Virus record (IMG/VR): IMGVR_UViG_3300008267_000038
Coordinates: 1-64,000 of that record
Source: an uncultured virus (IMG/VR IMGVR_UViG_3300008267_000038)
Taxonomy: Duplodnaviria > Heunggongvirae > Uroviricota > Caudoviricetes
Length of the DNA: 64,000 nucleotides
Strand: one strand, 5' to 3'
The position numbers were made by a program, and so were the translations under genes. This document shows, piece after piece, positions 32,101-41,155 of this stretch. Under the pieces are notes generated by a model. The model ran no database searches. It was not told the origin of the DNA and was given only the letters and a program-made list of their open reading frames with translations. Each line of letters begins with the position of its first letter. The stretch's first letter is position 1.

Positions 32101-32607
32101 CACGTTGCCGAACAGGTCCCACCCCATAGCCGTCTTGGGGGCCGTCCACGCGGGGTTGATGTTGATTTTGCAGAGTTCCCACCACTTGAGGATGTCCGCA
32201 CAGTTGATGGCGATGGTGTGCTGGCCCGACGAGTATTGGTCGGTGACCTCGGTGACGAACCCCCAGAAGATGGGGTAGTATTGAGGGACTCCTTCGACCA
32301 GGTAGTACCCCTTGGCGTAAATCTCAATCTCCATCATCGGGGAGATGACGGGAACGCCCTCGAAGTACACGTCGTCGATGGAGTGCCGAGGAACAGACAG
32401 GTTGATGGACGCCGACCCAGGGCAACTGTCCACGTTGAGATCGACCTGGATGCTCGTGATGTACTTGTGGATGTCGAACTTCCGCATACACCCACCACAG
32501 GCTATGACGTCGGACTCTCCGTTGATGTAGACGATGGCATCCGGCGCTACCGTGATGGTCGGGCGAACGTTGGGCTGGAAGGTACCTTGGAAGGGGCCGC
32601 GTGCCAT
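29155..32607 (-). CDS. Baseplate hub protein (gp27/gp44-like) with C-terminal extension
   Basis: Start moved to ATG 32607 (GGAG RBS, MARGPF). Motifs FWGFVTEV, I.CAD, YEFYMD..G.IVFKPPFYN, RPELRMGFPI and WYVTGVSH...TTLTLT. Confidence 0.75.
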   Translation of the reverse strand: MARGPFQGTFQPNVRPTITVAPDAIVYINGESDVIACGGCMRKFDIHKYITSIQVDLNVDSCPGSASINLSVPRHSIDDVYFEGVPVISPMMEIEIYAKGYYLVEGVPQYYPIFWGFVTEVTDQYSSGQHTIAINCADILKWWELCKININPAWTAPKTAMGWDLFGNVFHGMNPYDVIWTLAQQATGDVVVGTGSLTSYNPEAGQQSTFAAALADLTLYWSKRFTRMQNNLLLYGAQGVAIRGATLAQKYSLHKDELKGQPFASQEVRRSNGGKYGGGMIFDPTSQNVVAFKTQFANAGQVNLWQSEYQTKLEIANAAKDAIGYEFYMDVTGDIVFKPPFYNLDTLPNKPVSWIQDIDIIDWDFSESESEVVTQVQMAGSFGGAIDYGMPQDIEPFTSVTDWHLLRKYGWRTHQLNSEFMGDPQLMFYYGMDVMDRLNARRHRGTVSIPLRPELRMGFPIYVAPKDQMWYVTGVSHNIQFGGSAQTTLTLTARRTKFFAPRGIGKLKLTGYTPPAVSKAATTGKAAPTGTVAAPETIEQNPGIFKYTARQLAEAAKFKIELGDAAVLPPEDLSMFDKPAAQNPYAPLILRHPKTGRPCGFPNVVMAYTRPFKPTKLPSESGVGGSEIKKVERLPKAAEDKARKTAEERRTTNMTSLAAAYDKSLQEGKSSALRVKYMQNRYQYGLNSAGVFTYLYDAGGAVSNNKPVVAETILLSAARISDDSAGFKTTSRGGMALIRPVSDERGFEVVGQFRYGRGLSLRDGSLVWNANQANQAASISLQTTLSGNLSDTLIAQSVGLRGVTTAFPNPARNLATLQPEDLETGATQFGSKFSSGTPTVTTPDYSSTATNLINSAPLGSTETLRIPDSIEATQLTRALTLAEMSVKGDVTGGASPCSCLLSRSDLAFMSQATKIEPVNGLTGAPVTLEGTTITTTGGRTDNRPVNTDTLPAITSDQVITKVNKYLFDLYKALDEPHQELEKALRGGDAPTTPGRFPDNDTGTPDSRFKPPFNDPARWAAMGFTDIAGMVDTAKLGFQEAVTTAADSFVRGTVIKNLEFSVARNAEALAQAQADLAKAQQAVPPVPQYVLDEAQARVNKYQQQLDEEKLKLAQAVNGGPLSDAAVNTPSAPPPEPTYGAGATGASKKYGK

Positions 32608-32627
32608 GATGTACTCCGAGGTTGACC

Positions 32628-34385
32628 TTAGCCGTCCGAGATCACCGTGTCGGGCGGCATGGCAGCCCACTCACTATACCGGGGGTCGGCAACCGGCGTC
32701 TGAACAAGGCCCGTCGGTTGGCCGTTGACGATGAAACCCTGCGCCGACATCGGCTGGGTGCGGTCGAGCAGGTAAGTGTACCGCACGGTGAACTCGAAGG
32801 AGTAAGAAAGCGTGAAGGGTGACTCGGCCTCCTCGGTGACCTGGAAGGAGTCGAAAGACCCGATATACATGGTGTTGTCGTAGTAGAGATAGACCGACCC
32901 CACGAGGGCAAGGTTGTTAGGACGGCCAACCCCACGAAGGTCCATGTCCTCCAACCACAGGTACCCGTTGTTCCTGTAAATGAGGTACAGGCTCATGAGG
33001 TTCTGGTAGGAAGCCGAAAACGATCTCGCCATGCGGGTCAGGCCAGGGCCCGACCCCATCACGGACGAGTTGTAGTCCGTCGCATAGAAACCAGCCACTC
33101 GGCCTTGGGCCGAGATGGTGTCCTGTGCGTCACCCCAATGCTCGATGACGTTGTTGGGACCGTTACGCGCCCACACACCGTCGGAGGCGACCTTGGTACT
33201 CGACACCGAAAAACTCATCGGGTTGATGAGCATTTGCAGGGGCGGCGTATGCGCCATCTGCCTCTGGGACTCCTGTATGGCTTTCACGGTTCGTTCATAT
33301 TGCGCCTGATAGGCTGCGCCTGGCCCATCAGTGTTAGGGTCTTTACCTGGGATGTGTACCTCACCGGCCCGTGACTTTCGTTCCTTTGCAGCCTTCAAGC
33401 GGGCTTCGCGGGCTTTTTTTTGTTCGGCTATCGCCTTGAGTTCCGCTGGGGATGGACCCGTCGCAACAGCCTCGCCGCCCCCGCTGTGGCTGAAACTGTC
33501 GTATGCACTTTTGCCCACGGGCGAGCCAGCACCGCCGCCACCCAACACCGCCATAGGGTCCAGATACTCTTTCTTATCGTTCTGGATGGTGAAGTGCAGA
33601 TGCGGCCAAGTGCCCTTGGCGTTGCCGGTGTCCCCCACGGTACCGATCTGCACCGAAGGGTTCACAGCCTGACCCACACTTACATTGACCGAATCAAGGT
33701 GGGCATAGTACGCATAGTAGGTTTTGCCCCCATAGGTAAACTTGACCGTTACCGCGTTGCCTCCAAAAGCGTTGGTCGAGGGGTTGCTGACTTTGACGAC
33801 GGTGCCGGTGCCCACCGCATACGTTGGCGTTCCTTTGTCGGATGCGAAGTCATAGCCTTCGTGTTCGGATGCGTGCTTGGAGTGGGGTTGCGAGTACACC
33901 CCGCTGCAAAACCAGCCGTTCACCCTATCGGTAGCGGGGTTCTTTCCAGCGGGGTTGAACTCCACCTGCCTTACTTGAAGGGGCAGCGGACCGATCCTTG
34001 TAGGGGGCAGCTTGCCGTTCTTCAAACGCTTGATGGGCTTACTTCGAGCGCCAGACCGCCCACCGCTTCCTACCGCAGGACCCTCACCATCGTCGTACTC
34101 GAAGTATTCGTAGTCCATCTCCCGCCACGCCTCGGGACCACCAATGCTGTTGGACCTGTCGAGTCGCCTGCCCGAAACCAATGCAGAAGGGGGTAGGATG
34201 CCGATGACGAACGGGATGATCCGCGTTCTGGATCGGAGTGTCGTGGCCGTCAGAGGGTAATACTCGCCCGATAGGGAGTCCTCCTCTCCTCGGAACATCG
34301 CATTGTGGAAGGTCAGCAGTTCATAGACATCGGGCTTGTGGTAGCCAGCCTTATCCTCGATCTGCTTGTAAATCTTGTCGGCCAT
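32628..34385 (-). CDS. Tube-initiator-like protein carrying an M23 metallopeptidase domain
   Basis: HEGYDF (HxxxD), YAHL and PHLHF (HxH) are M23 zinc motifs. The C-terminal INP.SF...EHWGD...ISA.G...YIGSF.SF.V.E.AE.PF is paralogous to 34395..35105. Confidence 0.8.
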   Translation of the reverse strand: MADKIYKQIEDKAGYHKPDVYELLTFHNAMFRGEEDSLSGEYYPLTATTLRSRTRIIPFVIGILPPSALVSGRRLDRSNSIGGPEAWREMDYEYFEYDDGEGPAVGSGGRSGARSKPIKRLKNGKLPPTRIGPLPLQVRQVEFNPAGKNPATDRVNGWFCSGVYSQPHSKHASEHEGYDFASDKGTPTYAVGTGTVVKVSNPSTNAFGGNAVTVKFTYGGKTYYAYYAHLDSVNVSVGQAVNPSVQIGTVGDTGNAKGTWPHLHFTIQNDKKEYLDPMAVLGGGGAGSPVGKSAYDSFSHSGGGEAVATGPSPAELKAIAEQKKAREARLKAAKERKSRAGEVHIPGKDPNTDGPGAAYQAQYERTVKAIQESQRQMAHTPPLQMLINPMSFSVSSTKVASDGVWARNGPNNVIEHWGDAQDTISAQGRVAGFYATDYNSSVMGSGPGLTRMARSFSASYQNLMSLYLIYRNNGYLWLEDMDLRGVGRPNNLALVGSVYLYYDNTMYIGSFDSFQVTEEAESPFTLSYSFEFTVRYTYLLDRTQPMSAQGFIVNGQPTGLVQTPVADPRYSEWAAMPPDTVISDG

Positions 34386-34394
34386 GCACCCCTC

Positions 34395-35105
34395 CTAAAC
34401 ATCCGGCTCACGGGTGTTCATTTCTTGGAACCCGGGCCTCAGAGTACCCACTCGGGTGTCCATGCTGACCGCGCCACTACGCCTCATCCCAGGCAAGGGA
34501 TTGTCGGTGTTGTAGAGGTCGGCAGGGATACGAGTGAGGACTTGCTCGACCTTGAACTCCCACGAGATGTTGAACACAAACGGAGCGTCGGCCGTCTCCT
34601 CGACCTCGAAGGAGCGGAACGTCCCAATGTACGAGTTGCGGTCGTACATCAGCATCAGACGCCCCTGTAGGACGACGTTGCCGAAGGGGTCATAGACAGA
34701 CCCGTTGTGTCGGTAGAGGTCATAAAGGTCGCGGTAGCGGTCCCATGCGATGGTCCGTTGCCGCACCACGCTCGACAACCCCGTGTAGAGGTTCATGAAC
34801 GCGCCCGTCGAACCGCTCGCGGAGATGCTGGTCAGGTCATCCCCCCAATGCTGCTCCACCCAACCGCCGCGTGTCTGGGTACGCTCAATCTTTTTGAGGT
34901 GCTGCTCCGAAAAGCTGCCAGGGTTGGCGTGCATCACCAGAGCGTGGGGAAGCAACAACTTGCTGGGATCGACAGGGCTGGTGACTTGAAAGGCCATCGG
35001 GATGCGGCCCTTGCGAGTCTCAGCGGGGTGTTTGTACTTGGTGTCGTTGGATGGGGCATCCAACCCCTCAAAGTTCGCCAGCGTGTGCGACGGGATGTAG
35101 GCCAT
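34395..35105 (-). CDS. Tail tube initiator-like (distal tail) protein
   Basis: Directly downstream of the tape measure. Motif NPGSF...QTRGGWVEQHWGDD...YIGTFRSFEVEETADAPFVFNISWEFKV. Confidence 0.65.
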   Translation of the reverse strand: MAYIPSHTLANFEGLDAPSNDTKYKHPAETRKGRIPMAFQVTSPVDPSKLLLPHALVMHANPGSFSEQHLKKIERTQTRGGWVEQHWGDDLTSISASGSTGAFMNLYTGLSSVVRQRTIAWDRYRDLYDLYRHNGSVYDPFGNVVLQGRLMLMYDRNSYIGTFRSFEVEETADAPFVFNISWEFKVEQVLTRIPADLYNTDNPLPGMRRSGAVSMDTRVGTLRPGFQEMNTREPDV

Positions 35106-35113
35106 GATCTCTC

Positions 35114-38100
35114 CTAATCTTCACCGGCTTTTCTTACCTTGACCCTCGTTCCATCCATCGCCGCCTTGACCCGCAAAGCGAACATCTCACTAAAGCTGGG
35201 GGAGAGATCGACGTAGAGGACGCCCCCGCCGCCCATGCCTGCGGAGGCCGCTGGGGGTTCTGGGTCGGGTTCGGCTGCGCGGAGGGCTGCCTCCGCAGCC
35301 GCCTCATCACGGTCGGCCTTGCGGCTGGCGTAACCGCCGCCAGCCCCACGTTGGATGTCCGAAGATGACGCCTCAAAAAGACCCCGCATAAGGCCGCTGC
35401 CCGTAACGTTGCCTCCCCTTGTCAGAGACGTCGCCAAAGCATCCTCCGCAACGTCTCTGTTGGTCAGCAAGGCAAACTCGAAGAGAGCCGCCTCCATCGC
35501 CTCCTGCGATCCCTCGGTGATGACCTTCTTGATGTTGTTTTCGAGGAACGACTGATTGATCTTGATGCCCTTGATCTTGAGGACGTTGTAGATGTCGGCC
35601 AGCGTGGCCTTCGTCGCCAACTGCTCCTCGACCTGCTCCTCGGCCAGGCTGTTGCCAAGTTCGGCTTCACCCAACTCGGGGCTATCCATCGAGTCCGACG
35701 ACGCACCCAGCGCCTTGGCGATGTCCGCGAGGAGCGGCTCCGTGTGGATGTCGTGGACGTAAATGGAACCTGGTGTGGTCTGATGGGCTGTCTGAACCTT
35801 GGCCGCCTCGTTTGCACCCCTTTGATCCACGGCCTCTTGGGCGGCTCGGATGGCCTCGGTCTGCTTGCGGGCGTCCATCTGCTCCTCGATAGCAGGGACG
35901 ATGCCAGCAAGCGTCTTGGGGTCAAGGGACCACAGCTTGGAGTTCATGAGGGCAGCGTCAAACGCTGCGGCGTCCGTGGAAGATACACCCTGCTTGGCCT
36001 CTGCCTGCGCCTCGGCAATCGTTTTGGTCTTGCCCCCCTTGTTACCCTCCTCGAAAATCTGCTGTGCTTTTCGAGCAATATTCCCGACAGCCCCACCCCA
36101 AGTCTGCAACCCTTTCTGGGAGGCCACCGTAGCGTTGACGCCACCGGCTTGATCGACCGCAGCGGCTTGCTTCTTCTTGGCCTCCTCCAGGATGCTGCGT
36201 TCAGCCTCCATCTTTTTCTTGGCTGTCTCGTCGCTGGTGGCTGCGATGGCCTTGGTGAGTTTCTCGATCCGGGCGTCACGCTCCTGTGAGGTCTTGTAGA
36301 GTTTCTCACCGAAAGAGTCCTTGCCCTCCATGAGTTTGTGCTTCATGGCGTCGAGGTCTTTGCCACCAGCCGCACCCAGCGCCTTGTTGACGGTTTCGCT
36401 GTTGATTTTCCGCATCTCCTCGGCCACGCGGAAAGAGTCCCTGCTGACCCCCCAGATGCTTGTAATAGAGTCCCAGATGCCCATGATGGCGTTGTAGAAA
36501 GTGTTGAACAGCCAATCCATGAGAGCCTGCATCTTGTCCATCATGCTGGACTGATACCCGGACGTCTCCTTGGCGTAGTCGGTCTGCTTCTCAGTCTCCG
36601 TGAGCGCCTTCTGCGCCGAGAAGCCCATCTTCTTGAAAACCGACACGCCGTCCTTCGACCGCAGGGCTTCGGCTGCCGCCTTCTCGTTGCCTTCTTTGAG
36701 TTCGATGCCCAGATTCTTTAGGAGAGCCTTGTCCTCATCGGTAGCCATCCCCTCTTGGACACGCTTGGCGATCTCGGCCTTGGCAAGGTCTAGGCCGACG
36801 CGGAACTTGGCGAACTGGTCGATCTGCTCGTCGTTGAGGTTGAGGGCTTGCTCGGCAGCGAGTAACTGTGCGCCCGACAACTGCTCGATACGCTTCCCGT
36901 TGAACATCTTGCGGGACATCGCCTGCAACTGCTCATAGGCCGCGACAGGGCTGGCGTCCTTGAGGGCGCTCGCCAACGACACCGCATCGCCTCGGCTGAC
37001 CTTTTCCTGCTGCCGTGCGGCGTCGATGATGGCCTCTCGCTCGGCTCCCGATAGCTTCTCCCCGTTCTGGGCCAGGTACTCCCCCAACCCCTTAACGCCG
37101 CCCCTGACCGCCTCCCGCAACTTGTCGCCGTCCAGCCCCTTGGCAGCCAAGTCGGTCGCCAGACCCGACAACTTCACATTGATGTCCTCTTGTAACCTGC
37201 TCTTGGTACCCCCCGTGCCAGCGATCAGGACGGACTTCAAGCGGTCCTGTAGGCTCTGACCCTTGAAGAACTGCGAGATGGATTGGAGGAACTGCTGCGC
37301 CCGTCGAGGGTCCATGACCTTCGTGAGTTTCGCCAACACCTTCCCCGCCGTCTCCATGCGGTTGTTGAAGAGGCTCATGTCGGCCGACATACCTCGGATG
37401 ATGTTGAAGAACGTGTTGGCGGCGATCCCCGAGTCACGAGCCTCCAGCGCGATTTTGCCGAAGGCCGTTTCGATGGCCTCCAGCGGCATCCCCATCTGAC
37501 CCTTCATCTCGCCCATGAGAGCAGAGACTTCCTGCATAGAGACGCCCATGTTCCGCGAGTAGGCGGCAGCCAAGTGGACGGTGCGGGTAGTCAGGTCCTC
37601 GACAGCCTCGGCTCCCGTCTTGGCGTCTGCCCGCGCTCCTTGACCGAGGGTACCCACAGACTTGTAGGCTCCCTCGGCCTCGTCCTTGAACTGGTCGAGC
37701 CGCATACCCGCCGAGGTCAACTCGTTCATGGTGGCAGCGTAATCGTCCTTATTCAGACCCCACTCGACGTTCGACAGAGAGAAGGCGGCATCTCGAACGC
37801 CCTTGAGGGTTTGACCTAGTTCTTTGGATGCCCTTCCTGAGTCATCCATGTTGCGGGGCAGGTAGTGCATGGTGCTGGCCGTTGACAGAAGCCCCTTCTG
37901 GAACTCCTTGGCCCCCGCCTCGGCGTCGAGGAACAGCTTGACGACAGCCATGACGCCGCCGCTGAACGTGTTGATGAGCGGCACAAGGCGGCCGATCACA
38001 CCAATCAGCGGTCCCAGACCCTTCAAGAGGCCGCCAACCGACTTGGCAATCATCCCGAAAGCGCCACCCCCTGCGCCCTTGCTGGCGATCTTGTCGCCCA

Positions 38101-38725
38101 CCGATCCAAGTTTGACACCCGCCCCACGGAACATCTTGGACAAAGGCTTTGCCAGCATATTGCCCGCGTGGGCAGCGGCACCCGCCATGTCCTTGCTCAT
38201 GGCCGACGAGAACATCTCGGCCATGTCGGCACCAGCATCCGAGATGTCACCCTTGTTGAACCCAATGGCGAAGTTGGCCTCAAAATCTTTTTTGGCCCCC
38301 GTCTGCCACTCCTCCAACTTTTTCTGGGCTGTCTCGGCCAAGTCGCCGTACTTGTCCATCAACTCCTTGAGGTCCTCAACCTCTTGTCGAAGTGCCTCGG
38401 CCTTGGCGTCGTCAGCCCCCGCTTTGGCGGCTGACAATGCCTCGTTTTTCTTGGCGAGTTCGTCCAAGACCTTGTTGTACTGCCCCTGCCGGTCGCGGAG
38501 TTCCTGTTGGAGTTTGTTGTCCTGCTCCAGCGCCTTGCTACGCTGCTCATAGTAGGACTTGCTGGACTGCCAGAGTTTGCGGTGGGACTTCTTGTTGATC
38601 TCATTCATGGCCTTCTGGTCGCGCTCGAAGGCCCGCTTGTAGTCCTTGAACTTCGCTATCGCCTCGTCGGTGGTCAGCCCGAGGTTGAGTTCAATGCGTT
38701 CTTGGCTGGTAAGTTCTTTCGCCAC
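35114..38725 (-). CDS. Tape measure protein
   Basis: About 1200 aa, Ala/Lys/Glu-rich helical with a hydrophobic stretch, located after the chaperones. The GTG start at 38725 overlaps the upstream stop (TAGTG) and has a GGAGG RBS. Confidence 0.8.
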   Translation of the reverse strand: MAKELTSQERIELNLGLTTDEAIAKFKDYKRAFERDQKAMNEINKKSHRKLWQSSKSYYEQRSKALEQDNKLQQELRDRQGQYNKVLDELAKKNEALSAAKAGADDAKAEALRQEVEDLKELMDKYGDLAETAQKKLEEWQTGAKKDFEANFAIGFNKGDISDAGADMAEMFSSAMSKDMAGAAAHAGNMLAKPLSKMFRGAGVKLGSVGDKIASKGAGGGAFGMIAKSVGGLLKGLGPLIGVIGRLVPLINTFSGGVMAVVKLFLDAEAGAKEFQKGLLSTASTMHYLPRNMDDSGRASKELGQTLKGVRDAAFSLSNVEWGLNKDDYAATMNELTSAGMRLDQFKDEAEGAYKSVGTLGQGARADAKTGAEAVEDLTTRTVHLAAAYSRNMGVSMQEVSALMGEMKGQMGMPLEAIETAFGKIALEARDSGIAANTFFNIIRGMSADMSLFNNRMETAGKVLAKLTKVMDPRRAQQFLQSISQFFKGQSLQDRLKSVLIAGTGGTKSRLQEDINVKLSGLATDLAAKGLDGDKLREAVRGGVKGLGEYLAQNGEKLSGAEREAIIDAARQQEKVSRGDAVSLASALKDASPVAAYEQLQAMSRKMFNGKRIEQLSGAQLLAAEQALNLNDEQIDQFAKFRVGLDLAKAEIAKRVQEGMATDEDKALLKNLGIELKEGNEKAAAEALRSKDGVSVFKKMGFSAQKALTETEKQTDYAKETSGYQSSMMDKMQALMDWLFNTFYNAIMGIWDSITSIWGVSRDSFRVAEEMRKINSETVNKALGAAGGKDLDAMKHKLMEGKDSFGEKLYKTSQERDARIEKLTKAIAATSDETAKKKMEAERSILEEAKKKQAAAVDQAGGVNATVASQKGLQTWGGAVGNIARKAQQIFEEGNKGGKTKTIAEAQAEAKQGVSSTDAAAFDAALMNSKLWSLDPKTLAGIVPAIEEQMDARKQTEAIRAAQEAVDQRGANEAAKVQTAHQTTPGSIYVHDIHTEPLLADIAKALGASSDSMDSPELGEAELGNSLAEEQVEEQLATKATLADIYNVLKIKGIKINQSFLENNIKKVITEGSQEAMEAALFEFALLTNRDVAEDALATSLTRGGNVTGSGLMRGLFEASSSDIQRGAGGGYASRKADRDEAAAEAALRAAEPDPEPPAASAGMGGGGVLYVDLSPSFSEMFALRVKAAMDGTRVKVRKAGED

Positions 38726-39957
38726 TACGGCCTCCAAGGCTTCCCTGCATTACGCTGGGACCTTAGAGAAAAAGCGCCGTCGGTTGGCTGGTCCGACGTA
38801 GGGAGAGGGTCATCCATCAGCCCCCACTTGGTCATCACAGGATCGAGGTTCTCGTCAAGGAAGCCCGACTTTTCGAGCGCCTCGGCCGCCCGACGCTGTT
38901 GCTCGACAACGAGCTTACGCACTTGGTCAGGGGAAAGGCCGGTGAGGTTCGTGGCCCCCACAACGTCCTTATCCCCCATCTGCTGCTGCCGTTCCTTGAC
39001 GAGCGACTGCAACTGCTCGGCCCGATGCCGAGTGTTGTTGCGGATGCCCTGCTCGTACTCTTGGACGACGTTATCGTGCCAATCCTTCTCACCCTTGAGG
39101 GACCGCTCGACCTGCGAGGCCAACTCCTCAACGGTGTTGGCGACGATGACCACCTGTGCGCCGTCGTACCGCTTGTTGGTGTCCAATGACTCCCCAAAGA
39201 GAACGTGCCTTAGCAGCAGGTCCTTCCGAGTCCAGCGTTCCTCCCGCTCTTTCTTGCGACGGTTGGCGTCACGGTTGTAGACCTTCTGGATACCCTTGCC
39301 TGCAAAGCACCCCCCGATAAACTTGGCGTTCTCCCAATCGGAGTCCTGGTGGTGCCGGATGTCCTCGTAGTGGTTGATGGCTCGCCACGAGAGTTGGGCA
39401 TAGGACAACCCCAGACGCTCTGTGCCTTCGATGCCTGTCAGGGCAGGGGTTGATAGGTCCAGCCCCTGGGTCTGCGCCCATCTCCACCGAGAGTAGGGTT
39501 CGGTTGCGTAAGCCTCGACCAATATGGTCGCCTGCGTGGCCTTCCTGTTGAGTTCCGAAAGTTGTCGGATGAGTTTTACACGGGCCGCGTTCGGCAACTC
39601 TCGGAACGTATCAGCCAACACAGAGATGGTTCGGCCCCGCTCGGACAAGACGTTCTGGCCGTCCACAAACAAGACCATGTGGGCGAGGAACACGTCCCAG
39701 AACCGAGGGGGTATGGAAGCCTTGTCCCAAGCACCCGTCATGAGCCGGATGACGTCGAGTTCGTGGTGGTTCAAGGACTTGAACACGAACAGGATGCCAT
39801 TGATGTCGGCGTGGGCCGTCAGAAACCCCCGCGTCACCATCTCGATGGTCGCCTCATAGACCTCGGGATTGACCTCGGGTTCCTGTGGTGCCTTTATGAG
39901 ACTTTCGGAGTCCTCATCGGACGGCTCAAGGCCGTCGTCATCCAACTCATCGGCCAT
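38725..39957 (-). CDS. Putative tail assembly chaperone 2
   Basis: 410 aa between chaperone 1 and the tape measure. Its N-domain (INGILFVFKSL...VDGQNV) resembles the previous gene. Confidence 0.55.
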   Translation of the reverse strand: MADELDDDGLEPSDEDSESLIKAPQEPEVNPEVYEATIEMVTRGFLTAHADINGILFVFKSLNHHELDVIRLMTGAWDKASIPPRFWDVFLAHMVLFVDGQNVLSERGRTISVLADTFRELPNAARVKLIRQLSELNRKATQATILVEAYATEPYSRWRWAQTQGLDLSTPALTGIEGTERLGLSYAQLSWRAINHYEDIRHHQDSDWENAKFIGGCFAGKGIQKVYNRDANRRKKEREERWTRKDLLLRHVLFGESLDTNKRYDGAQVVIVANTVEELASQVERSLKGEKDWHDNVVQEYEQGIRNNTRHRAEQLQSLVKERQQQMGDKDVVGATNLTGLSPDQVRKLVVEQQRRAAEALEKSGFLDENLDPVMTKWGLMDDPLPTSDQPTDGAFSLRSQRNAGKPWRP

Positions 39958-39964
39958 CGGTTAC

Positions 39965-41017
39965 TCACAGGGTAGGAGGCCGGAATCGAGGGTTGATGCC
40001 TCCCACGGGAGGTGTGTCGATGATGGCCTTGGCAGCATCGGGGTCCAACCGAGTCCCCGACCCCAGACGGACTTCCGGCATCTGGGTCTGAGGCTGTAGG
40101 TTGGTGGCTTGAAAGGGCACACCTTCGAGGGTGCCCATCTCCCCCTCAATCGCCGCCAGTTCTGCCGACCGCCCCAAAGGGGCTGCATGGGGGGCCGAGA
40201 CAGGCTGCACGGGGGGCGCTGCGACGGGCTGGGGAGCGGCCACCACGGGGTTCGGGGCTTGATTGAGCGGGGTACGCTCACGGAGCAACTGAGCGATCCT
40301 CTCCGCAGACGGAGGAGACGACGGCGATGTTGCCTTGGGGGGTGCCTCTTGGACAGGGGGCGGGGCTGCCACGGGGGGCTGCTCGGGCTGTAGATCGTCC
40401 TCGGACAACTTTGACAGCTTGCTCTGGGCAGCCTCGAACTCATCGACGGTCGAACGCCGCACAAGCCCGTGATCTCGGAGGACGCCCTCCAAAATCTTTT
40501 CGGGCACCTCGGCCTCGATCTCTTTGAGTTCCGCGATGAGTCGGCGGTACTGGTCCTCGGGCGTCTCATCGACGCTCTTGAACGTCACCCCCTCCTGCGC
40601 CCGCTTCTCACCCGCCTCAATGGCGTCGGCAACCTTGCGGTAACAGATGTAGAGGGTTTCCCGCGACCACGAGGCGAGCAGGTTCTTTTGGAGCCAACTG
40701 TGCAGTTCGACCTTGATGGTGCGGGTCTGGTTGGGTCGCTTGGGGTCCTGCTCCTCATCCTCGATGTACTTGGTGTCTCGGAAATCGACGCCGTTGATCT
40801 CGCAGATGGCTCGGCTCACATGACCCATCTGCCATGCGTTCAGATACTCGACGTCGGACAGCCCTTGGCAGTCCTTGTAGATGCCATCGTACTGATCGGA
40901 CCGCAGGTTGCGGACGATCACCGATACACCATCAACGACGAAAGGCTCCTCCACAAGGCCGATGTCTCGGGCCTGCGAAAGAGCCTGCGTCAAATTACGC
41001 GCACTTAGGGTTCCCAT
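39965..41017 (-). CDS. Putative tail assembly chaperone 1
   Basis: Follows the tube gene. Motif VDGVSVIVRNL...VSRAICEINGVDF, with a Pro/Ala-rich tail. ATG 41017 lies 7 nt after GGGAG. Confidence 0.6.
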   Translation of the reverse strand: MGTLSARNLTQALSQARDIGLVEEPFVVDGVSVIVRNLRSDQYDGIYKDCQGLSDVEYLNAWQMGHVSRAICEINGVDFRDTKYIEDEEQDPKRPNQTRTIKVELHSWLQKNLLASWSRETLYICYRKVADAIEAGEKRAQEGVTFKSVDETPEDQYRRLIAELKEIEAEVPEKILEGVLRDHGLVRRSTVDEFEAAQSKLSKLSEDDLQPEQPPVAAPPPVQEAPPKATSPSSPPSAERIAQLLRERTPLNQAPNPVVAAPQPVAAPPVQPVSAPHAAPLGRSAELAAIEGEMGTLEGVPFQATNLQPQTQMPEVRLGSGTRLDPDAAKAIIDTPPVGGINPRFRPPTL

Positions 41018-41043
41018 TCTCAATCTCCCGTGCAGGATTGAAA

Positions 41044-41148
41044 ACGGCTTGGTGCAGCGTATCTAGGTGTTCATCTGGGTGTGGGCCGCGCAGTCATTAC
41101 AACTGATACCCATTTGTTTTCATCTGATACGGTCCGCATCCAAGCCGT
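41044..41148 (-). promoter_or_regulatory. Structured intergenic/5' leader RNA element
   Basis: Nested complementary segments ACGGCTTGG/CCAAGCCGT, CGTATC/GATACG, TGGGT/ACCCA and CAGTT/GACTG. The G-U pairs work only on the minus-strand transcript. Confidence 0.6.
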
Positions 41149-41155
41149 CAAAAAA

